A DNA stretch of 64,000 nt from Octopus vulgaris (GCA_951406725.2 OX597826.1:26474001-26538000), one strand, 5' to 3'; counted from the first letter of the stretch, positions 1 to 17,945 are shown. Notes: generated by a model from the letters alone, not told the origin. Numbers and translations are program-made.

Positions 1-76
1 AAAAAAAAAAAAAGAAACATGAAAAAGAAAAAAGAAACAGATGCATGACAGATATTAGCTTCATTGTACCTCTCAG

Positions 77-122
<46 letters not shown>

Positions 123-1150
123 ATCTGTCGTTTACTGTAAGATGATAATGAACACAAGTAATAAAACACCTGCCATAGTTTTATCAGAGACCCACACCTC
201 TACCACAAAATAAAACTGACCTTTTGTTATGCTGGTCAATTATGGAACCAGTGTTCTATAATACTACTAATACGATCGGTAAATATTCCTCATATTTGCT
301 TTTTTTTATTTGAGAATATCAACGATAAAGAACTGTTATTTTAGCCAATAGTGAAGGATTAATTTAACGTAATATAATGCGTTGCTCTCGTCATAGTTTC
401 GTTTGAAATCGTATCTCCTGTATATTATATAAACCGGTCTTTTAACTCGATTTTCATCAAGATTCAGCCCCGTAAAATCAAGTTGGATTAGGCCTTGCGG
501 TATTGCTGCTAGTCTATTTGAATAAAGATCTTGCGGTTCGAATCTGTATACAGTTTAGTTTCTTATTGTTTATCAGTCTGCTTTCGATTCCGGGTAGACC
601 AATGGGCAAAGATCATTCAATCTAGAAGCAATAACCTCTTTCCTTGAATAATGTATCCGAGTCTAAACAATCCTATATGTTTCCATGCAAGACAACATCG
701 TGTTATGTGTGAGGCATTTGGTTGGTATTTCTAGCAAGGAAAACAACCACGAAGAGGAATCCTTCTCTGGTCCGATACGTTTATTTTTCTATTCTTTTAT
801 ATTGTTCTTATTTCAATCATTGTGCTATGGCGAATATGGGGCAACCCCTTAAAGGGTTTATTGGAACAAATCAACCCCAGAAGTTGGATACTTATTTTAT
901 CGGTTCCTTTTGTTGAGACGCTAGTTACAAGGACCTAAAAAAACCAACACTAAGTCTCAAGCATTTGGTGATGGTTGGGTAAACAATGACATGTACACAC
1001 ACAAATAAATACACACATACACACACACACACACATACATACGCACACATACACACTGAACTCAATCATGGAGCATAGGATGTTCTTGCAAAGCGATTTT
1101 CTTAGCCACCTTGATACAGATTTTTTCACTCAGATACACTACTTAGATTA

Positions 1151-1605
1151 CAGTAATCCTTCGTCATATCGCAGTTGGCCTATCGCGCATTCAGCACGTC
1201 GTGGTTCACGCATCGTGCACTCAGTACATCGCGGATTTTCTGGCTAATTTATATCGCGCATTCTTTAGCATATCATGGGTTTCTGCGGGCGATAGATATT
1301 TAGACTTGTTTAGGTTTTAATTATATCTGTGGTAAAATAAGCATTTTCACTTTTAAAAATTAAAAGATTATTAAATAAAAATGGAGTACAGTACTGCACT
1401 GTATAACACATTAATTAAAATATATTAAAAGAAAATACGTAGTGTAGGAGTAGATGAGAAAACAAAGATTTGCACATACTGTATGGAAAACAAAGCTCAG
1501 GAGGCGACTGAGCGGTATTGCTTTGCATTTATAATAAAATAAATATATGCAAATTATAAAAATGATAAAAAGTGTACAGTACAATACCTTTTCTACACCG
1601 TGAAA
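1151..1605. mobile_element. Second, inverted and one-end-truncated copy of the same MITE
   Basis: TA-cagtaatccttcgtcatatcgc start; interior is the reverse complement of ~8800-9229. Confidence 0.75.
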
Positions 1606-1649
1606 TATAATACATACATACATATATATATATTTATATATATATATGT

Positions 1650-2043
1650 ATGTGCGAGCAAAACGCCCCACCCCGCGTCCAATGGACGATGCTGAGTTGT
1701 CAACATTTAAACCAAATTTTCTCAAAAACAACTTGTCCGACCGTCCCAATTTGTAGCATTATTTCAAGCCAGCCGGCCTTTTTTGCGCAAATTGCACGTG
1801 CAGTTTTTTCGCGTACCCGTAGTATCGATCGCAACAGCTGATGTACTTGCGCGTACAAATGCACGTTCCCACGGCTTTATCGATCCCATTCTCACATGGA
1901 ATCGAGTTTAGTAATTTTTTCAAGACTTATACACGCCCTGATACCGTCGGTATCTACATATCATATCTGAGCGCAATCGGGTGGAGGATGCCCGATAGCC
2001 TAGAAGACACGCAGACAGACAGTACGGATTTTATATAATAGAT
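1650..2043 (+). mobile_element. Putative non-autonomous Helitron/HINE-like element
   Basis: CpG-rich block ending gcaatcgg...cagacagacag...ttttatataatagat, a layout recalled from Lep1/DINE-type elements. Confidence 0.4.
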
Positions 2044-2257
2044 GCACACACATATATACATACAAAAATACTCATATTAGGACTTGAACGTAATGTATAT
2101 ACAACTAACCGCTGCCACAGCATGGCCGCACTCTAATGACTGAAACAAGAAAAAGAAACATAATACATATATATATATATTTATATTTATATAGACACAC
2201 ACACACACATATATATATATATTTATATATACACACACTTAGGGACATACACACATT

Positions 2258-2646
2258 CTTTTCTACTTTAAGCACAAGGCCCGAGATTTTTGGGGAGGGG
2301 GACAGTCGATTAGATCGCCCCGAAATGGTACTTAATTTATCACACCAGAAAAGATGAAAGCGAAGTCGACCTTGGCGGAATTCGAGCTCAGAACGTAAAG
2401 ACAGACAAAATACCTATTTCTTTACTACCCACAAGTGGTTAAACACAGAGAGAACAAACAAGGACAGACAAACGGACTAAGTCGATTATATCGACTCCAG
2501 TGCGTAACTGGTACTTATTTAATCGACCCCGAAAGGATGAAAGGCAAAGTCGACCTCGGTGGAATTTGAACTCAGAACGTAGCGGCAGACGAAATACCGC
2601 AGAGCATTCCGCCCGGCGTGCTAACGTTTCTGCAAGCTCGCCGCCT
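2258..2646 (-). mobile_element. SINE family B partial dimer
   Basis: Same dimer junction (tacctatttctttactacccacaag) as at 41.6 kb, inverted. Confidence 0.78.
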
Positions 2647-2680
2647 CATACATACATACATACATACATGCATACATACA

Positions 2681-2713
<33 letters not shown>

Positions 2714-2714
2714 G

Positions 2715-2754
<40 letters not shown>

Positions 2755-2886
2755 CATACGTATATTACAGATTAATAAATTGAAAATCTGCATTGCACCG
2801 CTGCCCTCTGGTCTTCAACATCCAGTGTTATGAGAATGCATATCAATCCCTCACTCACACATTCACGGAATATATACATACATACA

Positions 2887-2922
<36 letters not shown>

Positions 2923-3538
2923 TATATATACATGTGTGTATGAGTATGCTCGCGCTTGTTTGTGTATGTACATGGCTGAGTACGAGCGTATGTGTAGATG
3001 CGTGTGTATGTATATGCCTGTACGTGTTCATGTACGTATGTGTGTTTGTACGTATGTCTTCAGGAATGTATGCATATATGCCGTCTCCAGGTGAAACAAT
3101 AATACATCAAAAATACGAAGCGACTAGAATTCATTGAAATTTTTCGCGATCTACAAAACCTCGATATTCTATTCTACATTACCACCGACCGGAATGGCTC
3201 ATGCTAAATCCGTGACTCACTTTATTTCTGCATTATTATAAGATATGGATTTCTTACAAACATACAGTGGAGTAGATTTAGATTTACAGTGAAGGAAAAA
3301 ATAGCTTCGTATAGTAGTATTGATTTTCTGTGGCAATGGATTTAACAACGTAAGTAATTTAGCAACGCAAGTAAAATGCAATAAATAAAGCTACTGGCAT
3401 GAGACATTGGTCGATTCACGAAGACTACTGTTAAATTTACCTGGTTTACTTCACCTAACATCTGGGAATATGTAACCGATAATATGCGCCGGTTACTAGC
3501 AGTATAGTAGCATCATGCCTAAGATATCAGTATATATG

Positions 3539-3584
<46 letters not shown>

Positions 3585-3730
3585 GTATATATATGATATA
3601 TAATATATAATATATATATATATATATGTATGTATGTATAGCTGTGCCAGTGTGAGCGTGTGAGCGTTTATATATGTATGTATGTATATTTACATACATG
3701 CATTCTCTCTCTCTCACACACACACGCACT

Positions 3731-3767
<37 letters not shown>

Positions 3768-3984
3768 GTGTGTGTTTGTGTGGATGTATGTATATCACTA
3801 ATCTTGTAACTAGGAAACTAGTGCTAAGCATTGGCCGTTAAAATCTCCTTAAGACTAATAGTAACATTTACGGTGTATTTACTTCAAAAATAAAATAGAT
3901 ATATTCACAAATGAAGTCAGGTGAGTTTACGAGTGATTCACTTTAAAATCCACTGCGGAAATACTTAGTAGGAGCAAGTAGATT

Positions 3985-4559
3985 TGTAAGGCTGTCGGAC
4001 AATATGTCTTGAGGTATTTGTTGTGGCTTGTTACTTCCTTGAGTTCAAATCTCGTCGGAGTCAGCTTTGCCTTTATCATTTCTAGGGCTGATAAAATAAA
4101 GTTAATGTCAGGTAATTGGGATGATATAACAGTGCAATAATATCTTTCCTCAACTAGAAGCCTTTCCCCAACTCACTTGTGCCTATATTGGCTATGTTTA
4201 AGTGCGGTGATAGGTAGTGCCCCGGGCAAAATGCTTAGTAATATTTTTCTGGCGTACAAAATAAAGAACAAATCAAGTTCTGGTTTTGAAGTATTCTAGT
4301 ACCTGTCATCACACAAATTGTTGGCTGTTCACAAAATTGGTGAGCACGCCGGACAATATGCTTAGCAGCATTTTGACCGTTCTTGCGTTCTGAGTTCAAA
4401 CTCCACTTACGTCTACTGTGCTTTTCATTCTTTCGGGGTCGATAAAACAAGTACCATTTGAACACAGGGGTTCGTGAAAATGACATTCCTCCCCAAAACT
4501 TGCTTGGTTTGTGCCAAAATTTGAAACTGATATTTGCTGACCTTAAGCCAAAAATTGGA

Positions 4560-4641
<82 letters not shown>

Positions 4642-5179
4642 GTTATTATTATTATTATTATTATTATTAAAATGTGATGAATTAATAGAATAGGGAGAGT
4701 CTCGAAAAGTGCCTTCTCATTACGTTCTCAGTTGAGATCTCGAGGACAAACTTGCTTTTCATCCTTATTTCTTTATTGCCCACAAGGGGCTGAACGTAGA
4801 GGGGACAAACAAGGACAGACAAAAGAATTAAGTCGATTACATCGACCCCAGTACGTAACTGGTGCTTAATTTATCGACCCCAAAAGAATGAAAGGCAAAG
4901 TCGACCCCAGCGGAATTTGAACCCAGACGAAATACTGCTAAGCATTTTGTCCGGCATGCTAACGTTTCTGCCAGCTCGCCGCCTTTTTACCCTTATCACG
5001 TCAAAGTAAAAGTACCAGTCAAATACTAATCCCACCCCCTCAACATTAAATTAAAATTTAGAACCAATTATTATTATCAGTGAGCTATCAGAATCTTTAG
5101 AGCCTCAGAGAAAATACCTTGTGATATTCCTTATGTTTCGTAACATTCTATATTCAATACTGCCGGGGTCAATTTTCCT

Positions 5180-5180
<1 letters not shown>
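3985..5180. mobile_element. Cluster of nested SINE family B copies with (ATT)n tails
   Basis: Repeated gagttcaaa...ctttcatcc...gataaa modules; minus-strand young copy at ~4765-4985. Confidence 0.65.
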
Positions 5181-5255
<75 letters not shown>

Positions 5256-5276
5256 GCTGGCTATCTGACTATCTAT

Positions 5277-5326
<50 letters not shown>

Positions 5327-6603
5327 CCATCAATTCTTGTGGAATTTATATTTCTAGTATTTTCTTATTATTCATTGGTAATCTAGGTTTAAAACAGTTT
5401 CTGCAATAATATTCCATTATTCTGCAGAAATAGTAATGATTGTCAATAGGCATCTGATGAAGGATCACCTTAATGCCCGTCTGTTTGCGGCATATATTTG
5501 TTTCTCTGGTATATTTCTTTGTGCTTTGTCTATTTCTAATATCACTTGCAATATTATTTCTCAATTACACACACATACCTAAACATATACATGTATATAC
5601 ATATACACACGCACACACATATGCACACAAACATATGCACACACATGTATATATATATTAGATATATGTATATATGTATATATATATATATGACGTATGA
5701 TATTCAGATACTCTTGATAAAGTAGTCTTTTAAATCACCAAATCACAGAGAAAATTCTAATAAAATTGGGTCAACTTTCACGCATTTTATCGAACTACGA
5801 ACCACATAAAAGATTAAATCACATTGAAATCATGTCTTGAAAGCGTATCAAGTTATAAAACAAATAAGAATAAAAATATACAAAAATAAATAAAAATAAT
5901 AAAATTACGCGTTGATGTACGTATATATTTTTTCTATTTTCGTCCAAAGAAAAAAATGTCTTCATAAAAATGCCAAAAAAAAAAGAGGAAAATGTAAAGA
6001 AGGAAAGAATGAAATATTTTATGCGCACAAAGTATAGTTATTTACAGAAAAAATATATTCCATTCAGACAGAACACTTTATGCAGACAAAATCGTTTTAT
6101 TTTGTGTTAATTTTTTTTTTTACTGATCAAATAAAACTTTATACAGACAAACTGCTTTTTCTCTTTGGATAAAAAAACCTCTGTTTCTGTTATGTATTGT
6201 TTCATATGTATGTAACCATAATAAAACTGTAATATTACAGCAAAGAAAAAAATTATAATAAATCTGCCGAATATTGATTTTTTTTTCTAAAGAGACATCG
6301 TATTAGTTATTATATATAAGGAGTAGTGTCTATGGATTTGAGTTTGGTATACAGCTGGTACTTTTGCTAGCGTCGACACCGAGGTTGGGTTGGAAGTAAA
6401 ACAATGTCTGCTTTTTTATGTATTTTAAGATTGTGTTCTATATAAAGGTTTAAGAGAAAACAGTTATATAAAAAGTACAACGCAGTTTGTTTGGCATGTG
6501 GTATCTGTCTTAGTAAAACACCCAGAAAAATTTCACTAACTTTTCGACTTATTTTTTTATCGAGAGAGCGACTGTGAGAAAGAGAAAGAGAAAAAGAAAT
6601 ATC

Positions 6604-6711
6604 GCTTGCTGCCTAACCACGGCAACTTGGGCAAGTGTCTTCTACTATAGCCTCGGGACGACCAAAGCCTTGAGAGAGGATTTGGTAGACGGAAACTGAA
6701 AGATGCTCGTC

Positions 6712-6767
<56 letters not shown>

Positions 6768-6987
6768 ATATTATAAATGTGTGTGTGTCTGTGTGTGTCT
6801 GTATCTGTGTTTGTTCCCCCACTATCGCTTGACAACCAGTGCTTGTGTGTCCTGAAAAATGACCTGTTCGGCAAATGAGACTGATAGAATAAGTACTAGG
6901 CTTACAAAGAAGTCATGGGGGTCAATTTGTTCGACTGAAGGCGGTGCTCCAGCATGGCTGTACTGAAATGACCGAGACAAGAAAAAA
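6604..6987 (+). mobile_element. SINE family A
   Basis: cttgggcaagtgtcttctactatagcc...(TA/TG)n...ggcggtgctccagcatggc matches 39700-40098. Confidence 0.75.
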
Positions 6988-7026
6988 ATGATATATATAT
7001 ACATATATACATATACATCTATATTA

Positions 7027-7087
<61 letters not shown>

Positions 7088-7682
7088 AAGTAAACGCGAA
7101 ATATATTAATGGTTTCAAATGGCCAGAAATTTCGGGGGTAAAGTTAAGAGGATTACTTCGACTCCAGTACTCAACTGGTATTTATTCTCTCGGAAGTGAT
7201 GAAATGTAAAGTCAGCCTCGGTGAAATTTCAAATCAGAATGTAAGGACGGACAAAATGCCTCTAAGCATTTTGTTCGGCGTGCTAACGGTGTCTAGGTGT
7301 CTGAAATAAATATTTGTTAAGCAAACTTAACTCTTTTGGAAAATATGAATATAAACAATGTTTATGTAATAACTATTTTGATCATGATCGAATGAATACT
7401 ACGGAAAAGGCTTGGAAGAATTGACCTCCATGAGAAAGAAACGATTTGATGATATGGTCCTATATATTCGTAGGAGAAGTGAGACATGCTAATAAAAAAT
7501 AAAAAGAATCCGTAAAAACGACAGATTTTGTGTGTCAATGGATGAGCTGTTTTTCGAAGTTGGATTTATGGATTTGGTATATTCGTATATTTGCCTGGTT
7601 AAGAAATAAAAACATTAATGGAAGTATAATGCTTCATAATTGTAGATTAATGATAAACAAGATTTGTATATTACATACAGAG

Positions 7683-8056
7683 TGGAGGCGCAATGGCCCA
7701 GTGGTTAGGGAAGCGGACTCGCGGTCGTAGCATCGCGGTTTCGATTCCCAGATCGAGTTTTGTGAGTGGTTACTGAGAGAAAAAAACCTAAAGCTCCACG
7801 AGGCTCCGGCAGAGGGTGGTGGTGAACACTGCTGTACTCTTTCACCACAACTTTCTTCCATTCTTCCTTCCTGTTTCTGTTGTACTTGTATTTCGAAGGG
7901 CCTGCCTTGTTATACTCTGTGTCATGCTGAATCTCCCCGAGAACTAGGTTAACGGGGGTACACGTGACTGTAGAGTGCATGTTAATTTCACGAGCAGGCT
8001 GTTCCGTTGATCGGATCAACTGTAACCCACGTCGTCATAACCGATGGAGTGCCACC
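7683..8056 (+). mobile_element. tRNA-derived SINE family C
   Basis: A-box tggcccagtggttagg, B-box gtttcgattcc; related pieces at ~9975-10230 and ~41175-41298 (minus). Confidence 0.75.
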
Positions 8057-8088
8057 ATACACACACACACACGCACACGCACACACAT

Positions 8089-8145
<57 letters not shown>

Positions 8146-8167
8146 TATATACACATATATATTAATA

Positions 8168-8572
8168 TTCCTTTCTATTATAGGCAAAAGGCCTAAAATT
8201 TTGTGAAAGAGAGTTGATGTAATCGGCTCTAGTGCTCCACTGGTACTTATTCTATAAACCCTATAAGGATGAAAAGGAAAGACGATTTCGGCGAATTTAA
8301 ACTCAGAAGGTAAAACCTAACGAAATGTTGCTAAGCATTTTTTCCAACGTGCTAACGATTCTGCCAGCTCGCCGATTTAGATTGAAATTTCCAGGAAGAT
8401 GTTAACTGGATTACATCGGTCTCTGTGCATATCTGGTACTTGTATCATCGATACCAAAATGTTGAAAGGCTAAGTGGGCCTCGGTGGAATTTGAACTCAG
8501 AACGTAAAGATGGACGAAATGCCGCTAAACATTTTGCCCGGCGTGCTAACAATTCTGCCGGCTCGTCGACTT
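8168..8572 (-). mobile_element. Two tandem SINE family B copies
   Basis: aactcagaa...gctaagcatttt...gtgctaacgattctgccagctcgcc occurs twice. Confidence 0.7.
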
Positions 8573-8734
8573 TTATACATTTATACTAATAATAATTGCA
8601 GTTTGGCTGAAGACTAGACTGTTCTCTGCATCGTTACGTTTCAACTATGAAACTTACCAATGCATGAAACTATCGCCTCTTCCATCACTTTGTAACACCT
8701 GCCGTTTAGTTATGGTGCACCATATTTATATATA

Positions 8735-9229
8735 CAATAATCACTCGACTATCGCGTGTGTTACGTTCCAACACCCTCCGTGATAGGTGAAAATCCGCGA
8801 AGTAGAAACAGTACCGTACTGTATATATATTTTTGTTATTTTTATAATTTGTATATATTTATTTTATTATAAATGCAAAACAACACTACACACTCGCCTC
8901 TCCACTTTCATTTTTTATACAGTATGTACGATTCCTTGTTTACACATCTATGGTACACTATGTATTTTCTTTTAATATACTTTTAATATACTTTTATTAC
9001 AGTGCAGTACTGTACTCTATTTCTATTTATTAGTTTAATTTTTGGACGTGAAAATGCTTATTTTGCCACAGAAATAATTAAAATCTATAAAAAATCTATA
9101 TACCTATCGGCCGCAGAAACTGGTGACACACTGAGGAGTCCGCATTACAAATATACATATATTAGCCAGAATAATCCGCGATGTACTGAATGCTGGATGG
9201 GTGAAGCGCGATATGGCGAGTGATTACTG
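8735..9229. mobile_element. pogo/Tigger-like MITE with TA target duplication
   Basis: TIRs caataatcactcgactatcgcg / cgcgatatggcgagtgattactg, with TA on both sides; non-coding AT-rich interior. Confidence 0.8.
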
Positions 9230-9295
9230 TACATTCATGATCTGAGTCTTATTTTCCGGCTTGCATCACCAATCCTATGTAGCGCGCGCGTATGT

Positions 9296-9342
<47 letters not shown>

Positions 9343-10549
9343 GGGGTGGGAGCTTAGTTTTATGGGAACCTTTCACTCTAAAGATATTTGAAAGTTTACG
9401 TATTTTATTGCATCTTTGTATGTATACTTTTTATATTCCTACCCGAATGTCATACCTCCTTCACTAACTAATCTCTTTATCTTTCAAACACTAAATATTC
9501 ATGAAGTAGCTCTATTGTTCTCTAAGATATATATATACACAGAGTATATTAATTAACTATAAAATGGCACTCATTTCCATATTGTAGATAATAACGTTTA
9601 ATGGTATTTTACAACGAAATTCCTTGTGTATACATCTCTTTCCCCCCTCTCTCTCTATTTTTTTCTCTATTTCTTTCTCTTCTCCCGTTTCTCTTTTTCT
9701 CTGACCCGATATCTACCTAAACATTTTTCTCTGCAGTTGTCATGATAATAATAATAGTAGATGCATTCATTCTAACCTTTTTTACCACAGTCATTTTTTT
9801 TTCACAAATTCACTGGGAGGTAGCTCTTTCGTCTCCTTCCTCGCTTTTCTCTTCAAGTAGAAAAGTCGTATATCAGCGAAAACGCAGCATTAATATCCGC
9901 AGGTGAAAATTTATCACCACTTAAACGTGGATGTTTTATTAGCACAAACTATACTGTGGTACATGTTTTTGTTTGATCCTTCTCAAGCCATGTCTGGCTC
10001 ATAAGGGCCGGTTTCCCGGTTTCCTTAGCGTATAGGTTTCCCACCTAGACGGGACGCCGGTCCGTTGCAGGTGAGGTGCAAGATGCAGGAGGAAAGAGTG
10101 AGAGAAAGTTGTGGCGAAAGAGTCAGCAGAAGTTCGTCATTACCTTCTGACGGAGCCGCGTAGAGCTTATGTGTTTCGCTCATAAACACATACATCGCTC
10201 GGTCTAACCACTAGGCCATGTGTCTCCACATGTATGCACCTCCATACTGTGGTACATACCATGAGACAAACTCTCATATAGGCTTTTGTTGCAAAATGCC
10301 CTCTTGTTTATATTACTAGCGGGGTGATAAATCCCGACCACTTCAAGCATTGAGACTACCAGACCACGTAATTTCGATCTTCCTAGGTGTTATCAACGAT
10401 GGATTCTCGACCGCTAGAGATAACTGCGACTCATCTCCACGAGGGTAACTTGAATGTTATTTCTAGGAGGTCGCACGTCTGCGCGAAGGTATCCTTCGCT
10501 GGCTCTTTCCTTGGTACTATGTTTTATATTGTCGATCCTATCGTTGTTT

Positions 10550-10595
10550 GCATCATCATCATCATCTTCGTCGTCGTCGTCTTCATCATCATCGA

Positions 10596-10640
<45 letters not shown>

Positions 10641-11060
10641 TACTGTCATTATGTCCTTTGCCAACGAAATAATTATGCTGTCCATCCACCCCTACTGCCA
10701 CCACACAATACCCACCAATATTGCCAATGGATACCCATCATCATGATCCTCCTGATCATCATCCTTAACAATCGCCGTTATGATGAACGCGATGGTAGTG
10801 GTGGTGGTCGTCGTTAACGTGACCGAGTTCGACGCCGTCACCGTCGCCGTCGTCGTCATGGTCAAGAGAGTCAAAGACAAGTAAAGAGACCAACCGTCAA
10901 TGTCATTGTTGATAATTGGATTTGTCGTCCGAAAGGTTTCATTTTGTTGTTGACGGCGATATTTTTCATCGGTGGTGGCGACGACGTTGCTAGTGACGGT
11001 GATGTTGTTGTTGTTGTTGCTGTAGTTATTGATACTATTGTTGTTGTTGATGTTGTTTAT
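10550..11060. repeat. Degenerate (CAT/CGT)n then (GTT/GAT)n microsatellite
   Basis: Directly visible. Confidence 0.85.
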
Positions 11061-12239
11061 AGTGATTCGGTCTCAGTTGTGATAATATTCGTTTTGTTAT
11101 TGAATTTTCTTCCGTCTTCTTTTCGTTTTGATTCTTTATTTTCAATGTTTTGTTTTCCACAATTAAGACGTCGTCTGCCGCTCTAAATTCGAAACTAGTA
11201 CACTGTACTGCTGGTTCTACACACTTTCCCCCCTCATTTCATCCCCATCTCCTGTTTGTTTCCTTCTCAATTTTCATCTGTCTCTTACGTTTCTACATAC
11301 CTAACTCTCTCTTCTTTTCTTTTTCTCTTTTTCCTTCCATCAACCGAACATCTTCCGACAACAAATACCTAATACCATTGAAATTTGCCAAACGACGCTA
11401 GTCTACAACTCAGCAAAGAAACTTGATGGTAATTTGAACTGCTACACATAATTCTATCCATTTAACACTCTCATGGTGAATTATGGAAAACTGCCAACGT
11501 TCTTATATGAAATCAAAGTAAACCGTTTTCTTTATTTGTTTCATTTTATTTTTGATTGCGGTAACGACTTTGAAATAAACAGAACTCATATTTTTGCTTT
11601 TTATTCTTTACAGTTCCATAAGCTGATTTAGACAAATCATATAATGATTTCTATTAACTAAACGCAGACATCTTTATAGCCGGAATGTTTCTTAGTTTTC
11701 TACGTAGAATATGAAGTAAAATATCGTACCAGGCTCAAAATTCGCTTCTGATTCTTTGATTGTCTGAATTCACCAACAGCTTAGTTGTCGCGAATTTTGA
11801 TGTGAAAGTCCCTTACATCAAAACTGTGATTTTTATTTTCCATAGTCTCTCAAGATGACAACACTAAATCATTCTATTGTCATAAGCCAAACACAAATCT
11901 TGTTTTCAAATGCAAAAAGCCAAGCACAATATTGCTTGATACAAAACGAGGAGGCATCGAATTTAGAGAATTATAAAATGGATCAAAGCTACGGCTAGAC
12001 ACTTTCAATGCGTATGAATAAGAAACGCCGATGATATATTTGGAAAGAATTTGCATAAATTCAGTAGAGAATCTATAAATATCGTTTCTGTTAAGCTGAT
12101 GCACGATGACCGCAACAGACAGCAGCCAAATATGGTTTAATGAGGAGAATGGCGCATAGGAAAATAGCTGAGCAAAATATTTGAAAAGCCGAGGTTGAAG
12201 CTCCCTTGAACGTATGTCTAGTTACCAAAGAAAAAAGGA

Positions 12240-12552
12240 GCACTCTGTCAGTTACGACGACGAGGGTCTCAGCTGATACGATCAACGGAACAGCTTGCTC
12301 GTGAAATTAACGTGTAAATGGCTGAGCAATCCACGGGCACGTGTACCCCTAACGTAGTTCTCAGGGAGATTCAGCATGACATAGAATGACAAGGCTGGCC
12401 CTTCGAAGTACAACTTATATTTGCCAGCTGAGTGGACTAGAGCAACGTGAAATAAAGTGTCTTGCTCAAGGACACAGCGCGTCGCCGGGAATTGAACTCA
12501 CGACCTTACAATCGTGAGACGAATGCCCTAACCACTAGGTCACGCGCCTTCA
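12240..12552 (-). mobile_element. tRNA-derived SINE sharing its 3' half with family C
   Basis: Head ggcgcgtgacctagtggttaggg...gagttcaattccc, then tgtccttgagcaagacacttt; 3' half matches ~7900-8050; related head at ~25290-25480. Confidence 0.72.
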
Positions 12553-12943
12553 CTTTTAATGAGGAACGATCTAGGATTAAACAAAATAAAATACAATGTA
12601 GTATATGTAAATGAAATACATATTAAATGCTTCACTACATTTCACAGCATAAATAATACTTAGTCTATATTCCTCGGAAATTCCCTCAGTGGTATTAGGA
12701 GATTTGCATGAATTCTTTAGGCTTATTCATAAAAGTTTTATGAAGTATTTTGGTGTCACATCATTTGTGTAGACTTTGTTCACAAGATATTAGGCCTCAT
12801 TACGGAGGTTGGGTATTTAACATGCCCCATTTCTATTTTGAGATAAGCAGGCATCAACGTTGGCTTGGTTTCAAGAGAAAGTTTTGCTTCAGTTTTTATA
12901 CGTTTCTCTTTTTATTTCTCTTAACTATTCCATCAGGTAATGA

Positions 12944-12975
<32 letters not shown>

Positions 12976-13913
12976 AGGAGAGAGAGAGGAGGGGGGAGTT
13001 TATGCTAGGACTCTAATTAGCTGCGGTTTTTGTTCATCCAAGTTCCGTCTGTGATTGGATAGACATAATACGAAATAAATTCCAGCTATGACCATTTGCC
13101 TATTTGTGAATCTATGATTAAATTGTCCAAAGACAATTTTATTCATTATCACAATGCGACATAAATTTACGGGGCCGGGGGGGGGGTAGGAAGGGAGAGT
13201 TTACCGTGAGAAAATATCTACGATAACTGCGTAAAGGTCCACTAGTTATTATGCGCAGAAATTAATGAAGAATTGTAGAATGAGTTTGCATTTAAGAGCT
13301 GTTTCATAGTATGATATCTGGTGAACGCTGCGCGGTTAAATTTTTATTTTCCTGTCCGTATAATGGCTTTAAATGTTGGTGCAAGTGCAGCAGTTTTTTT
13401 ATGTGAGAGGCAAGTCGATTATACTAAACACCAGTAAGGAAGTGGTGTTTACTTTATCAGCACCGAAAGCATGCAAGGCAAAATCGACCAAGGTGGAATT
13501 CAAACTCAGAACATAAAGACAGACGAAATGCCGATAAGCATTCCGCCACGCCTGGTAACAATACTGCCACATTGTCCTCGTAATATACATGTATGTACAT
13601 ATACATATATATACATATATATAAATACATACATACACACACACACACATACGCACATATATTTATATACTAAATACCATGATCGACCGCTAGTTCCAAA
13701 AGTGTTTTCTATTCTCTCTGTGTTTATTTACTTGTGTTCCTTTCTGTTGAAGAGCGTAGGCTCGAAATGTAAAATACTTTCTTACCTTCCCGAGCGTTAG
13801 ACTAATACACCTATTTGTTTTTTATACACCTGTCTTCGTCTTTGGTTTTTCTGTAAATTTCAACTACATATATATATGTATGTATATATATATATGAATA
13901 TATGAATCTCTCT

Positions 13914-13997
<84 letters not shown>

Positions 13998-14099
13998 ATG
14001 AGTGTGTGTTTGTGCGTGTACACGGGTGTGCATGCGTGCGTGTTTGTGTGCGTGCGTGTCTGTGTGTTTGTGTGTGTCAGTGGGTACGTGCGTCTGTTT

Positions 14100-14310
14100 T
14101 TATCTGTGATTGTCCTTCCACCACAATTTAACTACCAGTTCTGGCTTCTTTACGGTTTCGTAGCCTTGCAGTCCGGCAAAAGAACGGATAGAATAAGTAC
14201 TAGATTTTGTAATACAACAATTAGGATCGATGTCACTGACTAAAACCCTCCAAGGCCGCACCCTAGCATGGCTACAGTCCAATGGCTGAACCAAGCAAAA
14301 GATAAAAGAA
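14100..14310 (+). mobile_element. SINE family A-like 3' half
   Basis: cggcaaaagaacggatagaataagtactag...agcatggctacagtccaatggctgaa. Confidence 0.6.
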
Positions 14311-14723
14311 AAGTCGTAAGTGGCGGCACAGCATAGTTTTGAAAAACGAAAGAAAGAAACGAGAAAGAAGAATAACAACGCCATCGCTACGAAATTCTAT
14401 TGCAACAATAACCATATTAACGCACAATAAACCGCTAAACACAACCACCAAAAACAATGAGAGAACAACAAAAACAGTAGTGTAAAAACTGTAACGACAG
14501 TAACAAAATAAAAGTTTATTAAACGAAGGCATAAAAAACAAAACCTAACAAACAAAAAAGAAAACAAAATCGAACAGAATATACACACAAAAATTATAAA
14601 AATAACACAGTGAATGAAGTAGCAAAAAAAAAAGTAAAAAATAAAATAATCTACAAAGAAACCAATAAATATGTTGTCGTTTGAATAGATTGTTTCGATT
14701 TGAGTGCAAACGACAATATTTAC

Positions 14724-14763
<40 letters not shown>

Positions 14764-15045
14764 GAACATATATGAAAAAATACTTGCGCATATATATATA
14801 TATATATATGAACATATACATGTATAAATACATACATATATATACATACATACATGCATGCATACACCTACTCTCTCTCTCTCTCTCTTTCTCTTTCTCA
14901 CGCACACACTCACACGCACGCACACACGCACACATATATTTAGGAAAGAGCGGAATGTCTAAAACGAAAATATAAAGAAGATGGCGTCGACGCTGAAATA
15001 TAAACAGGGAAAACCAATATGAGCGAACAGAAGCATAATAACACT

Positions 15046-17945
<2,900 letters not shown>

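Noticed and set aside
7683-7755. tRNA gene
   Set aside because: A/B boxes continue into an interspersed SINE body, so this is a tRNA-derived head.
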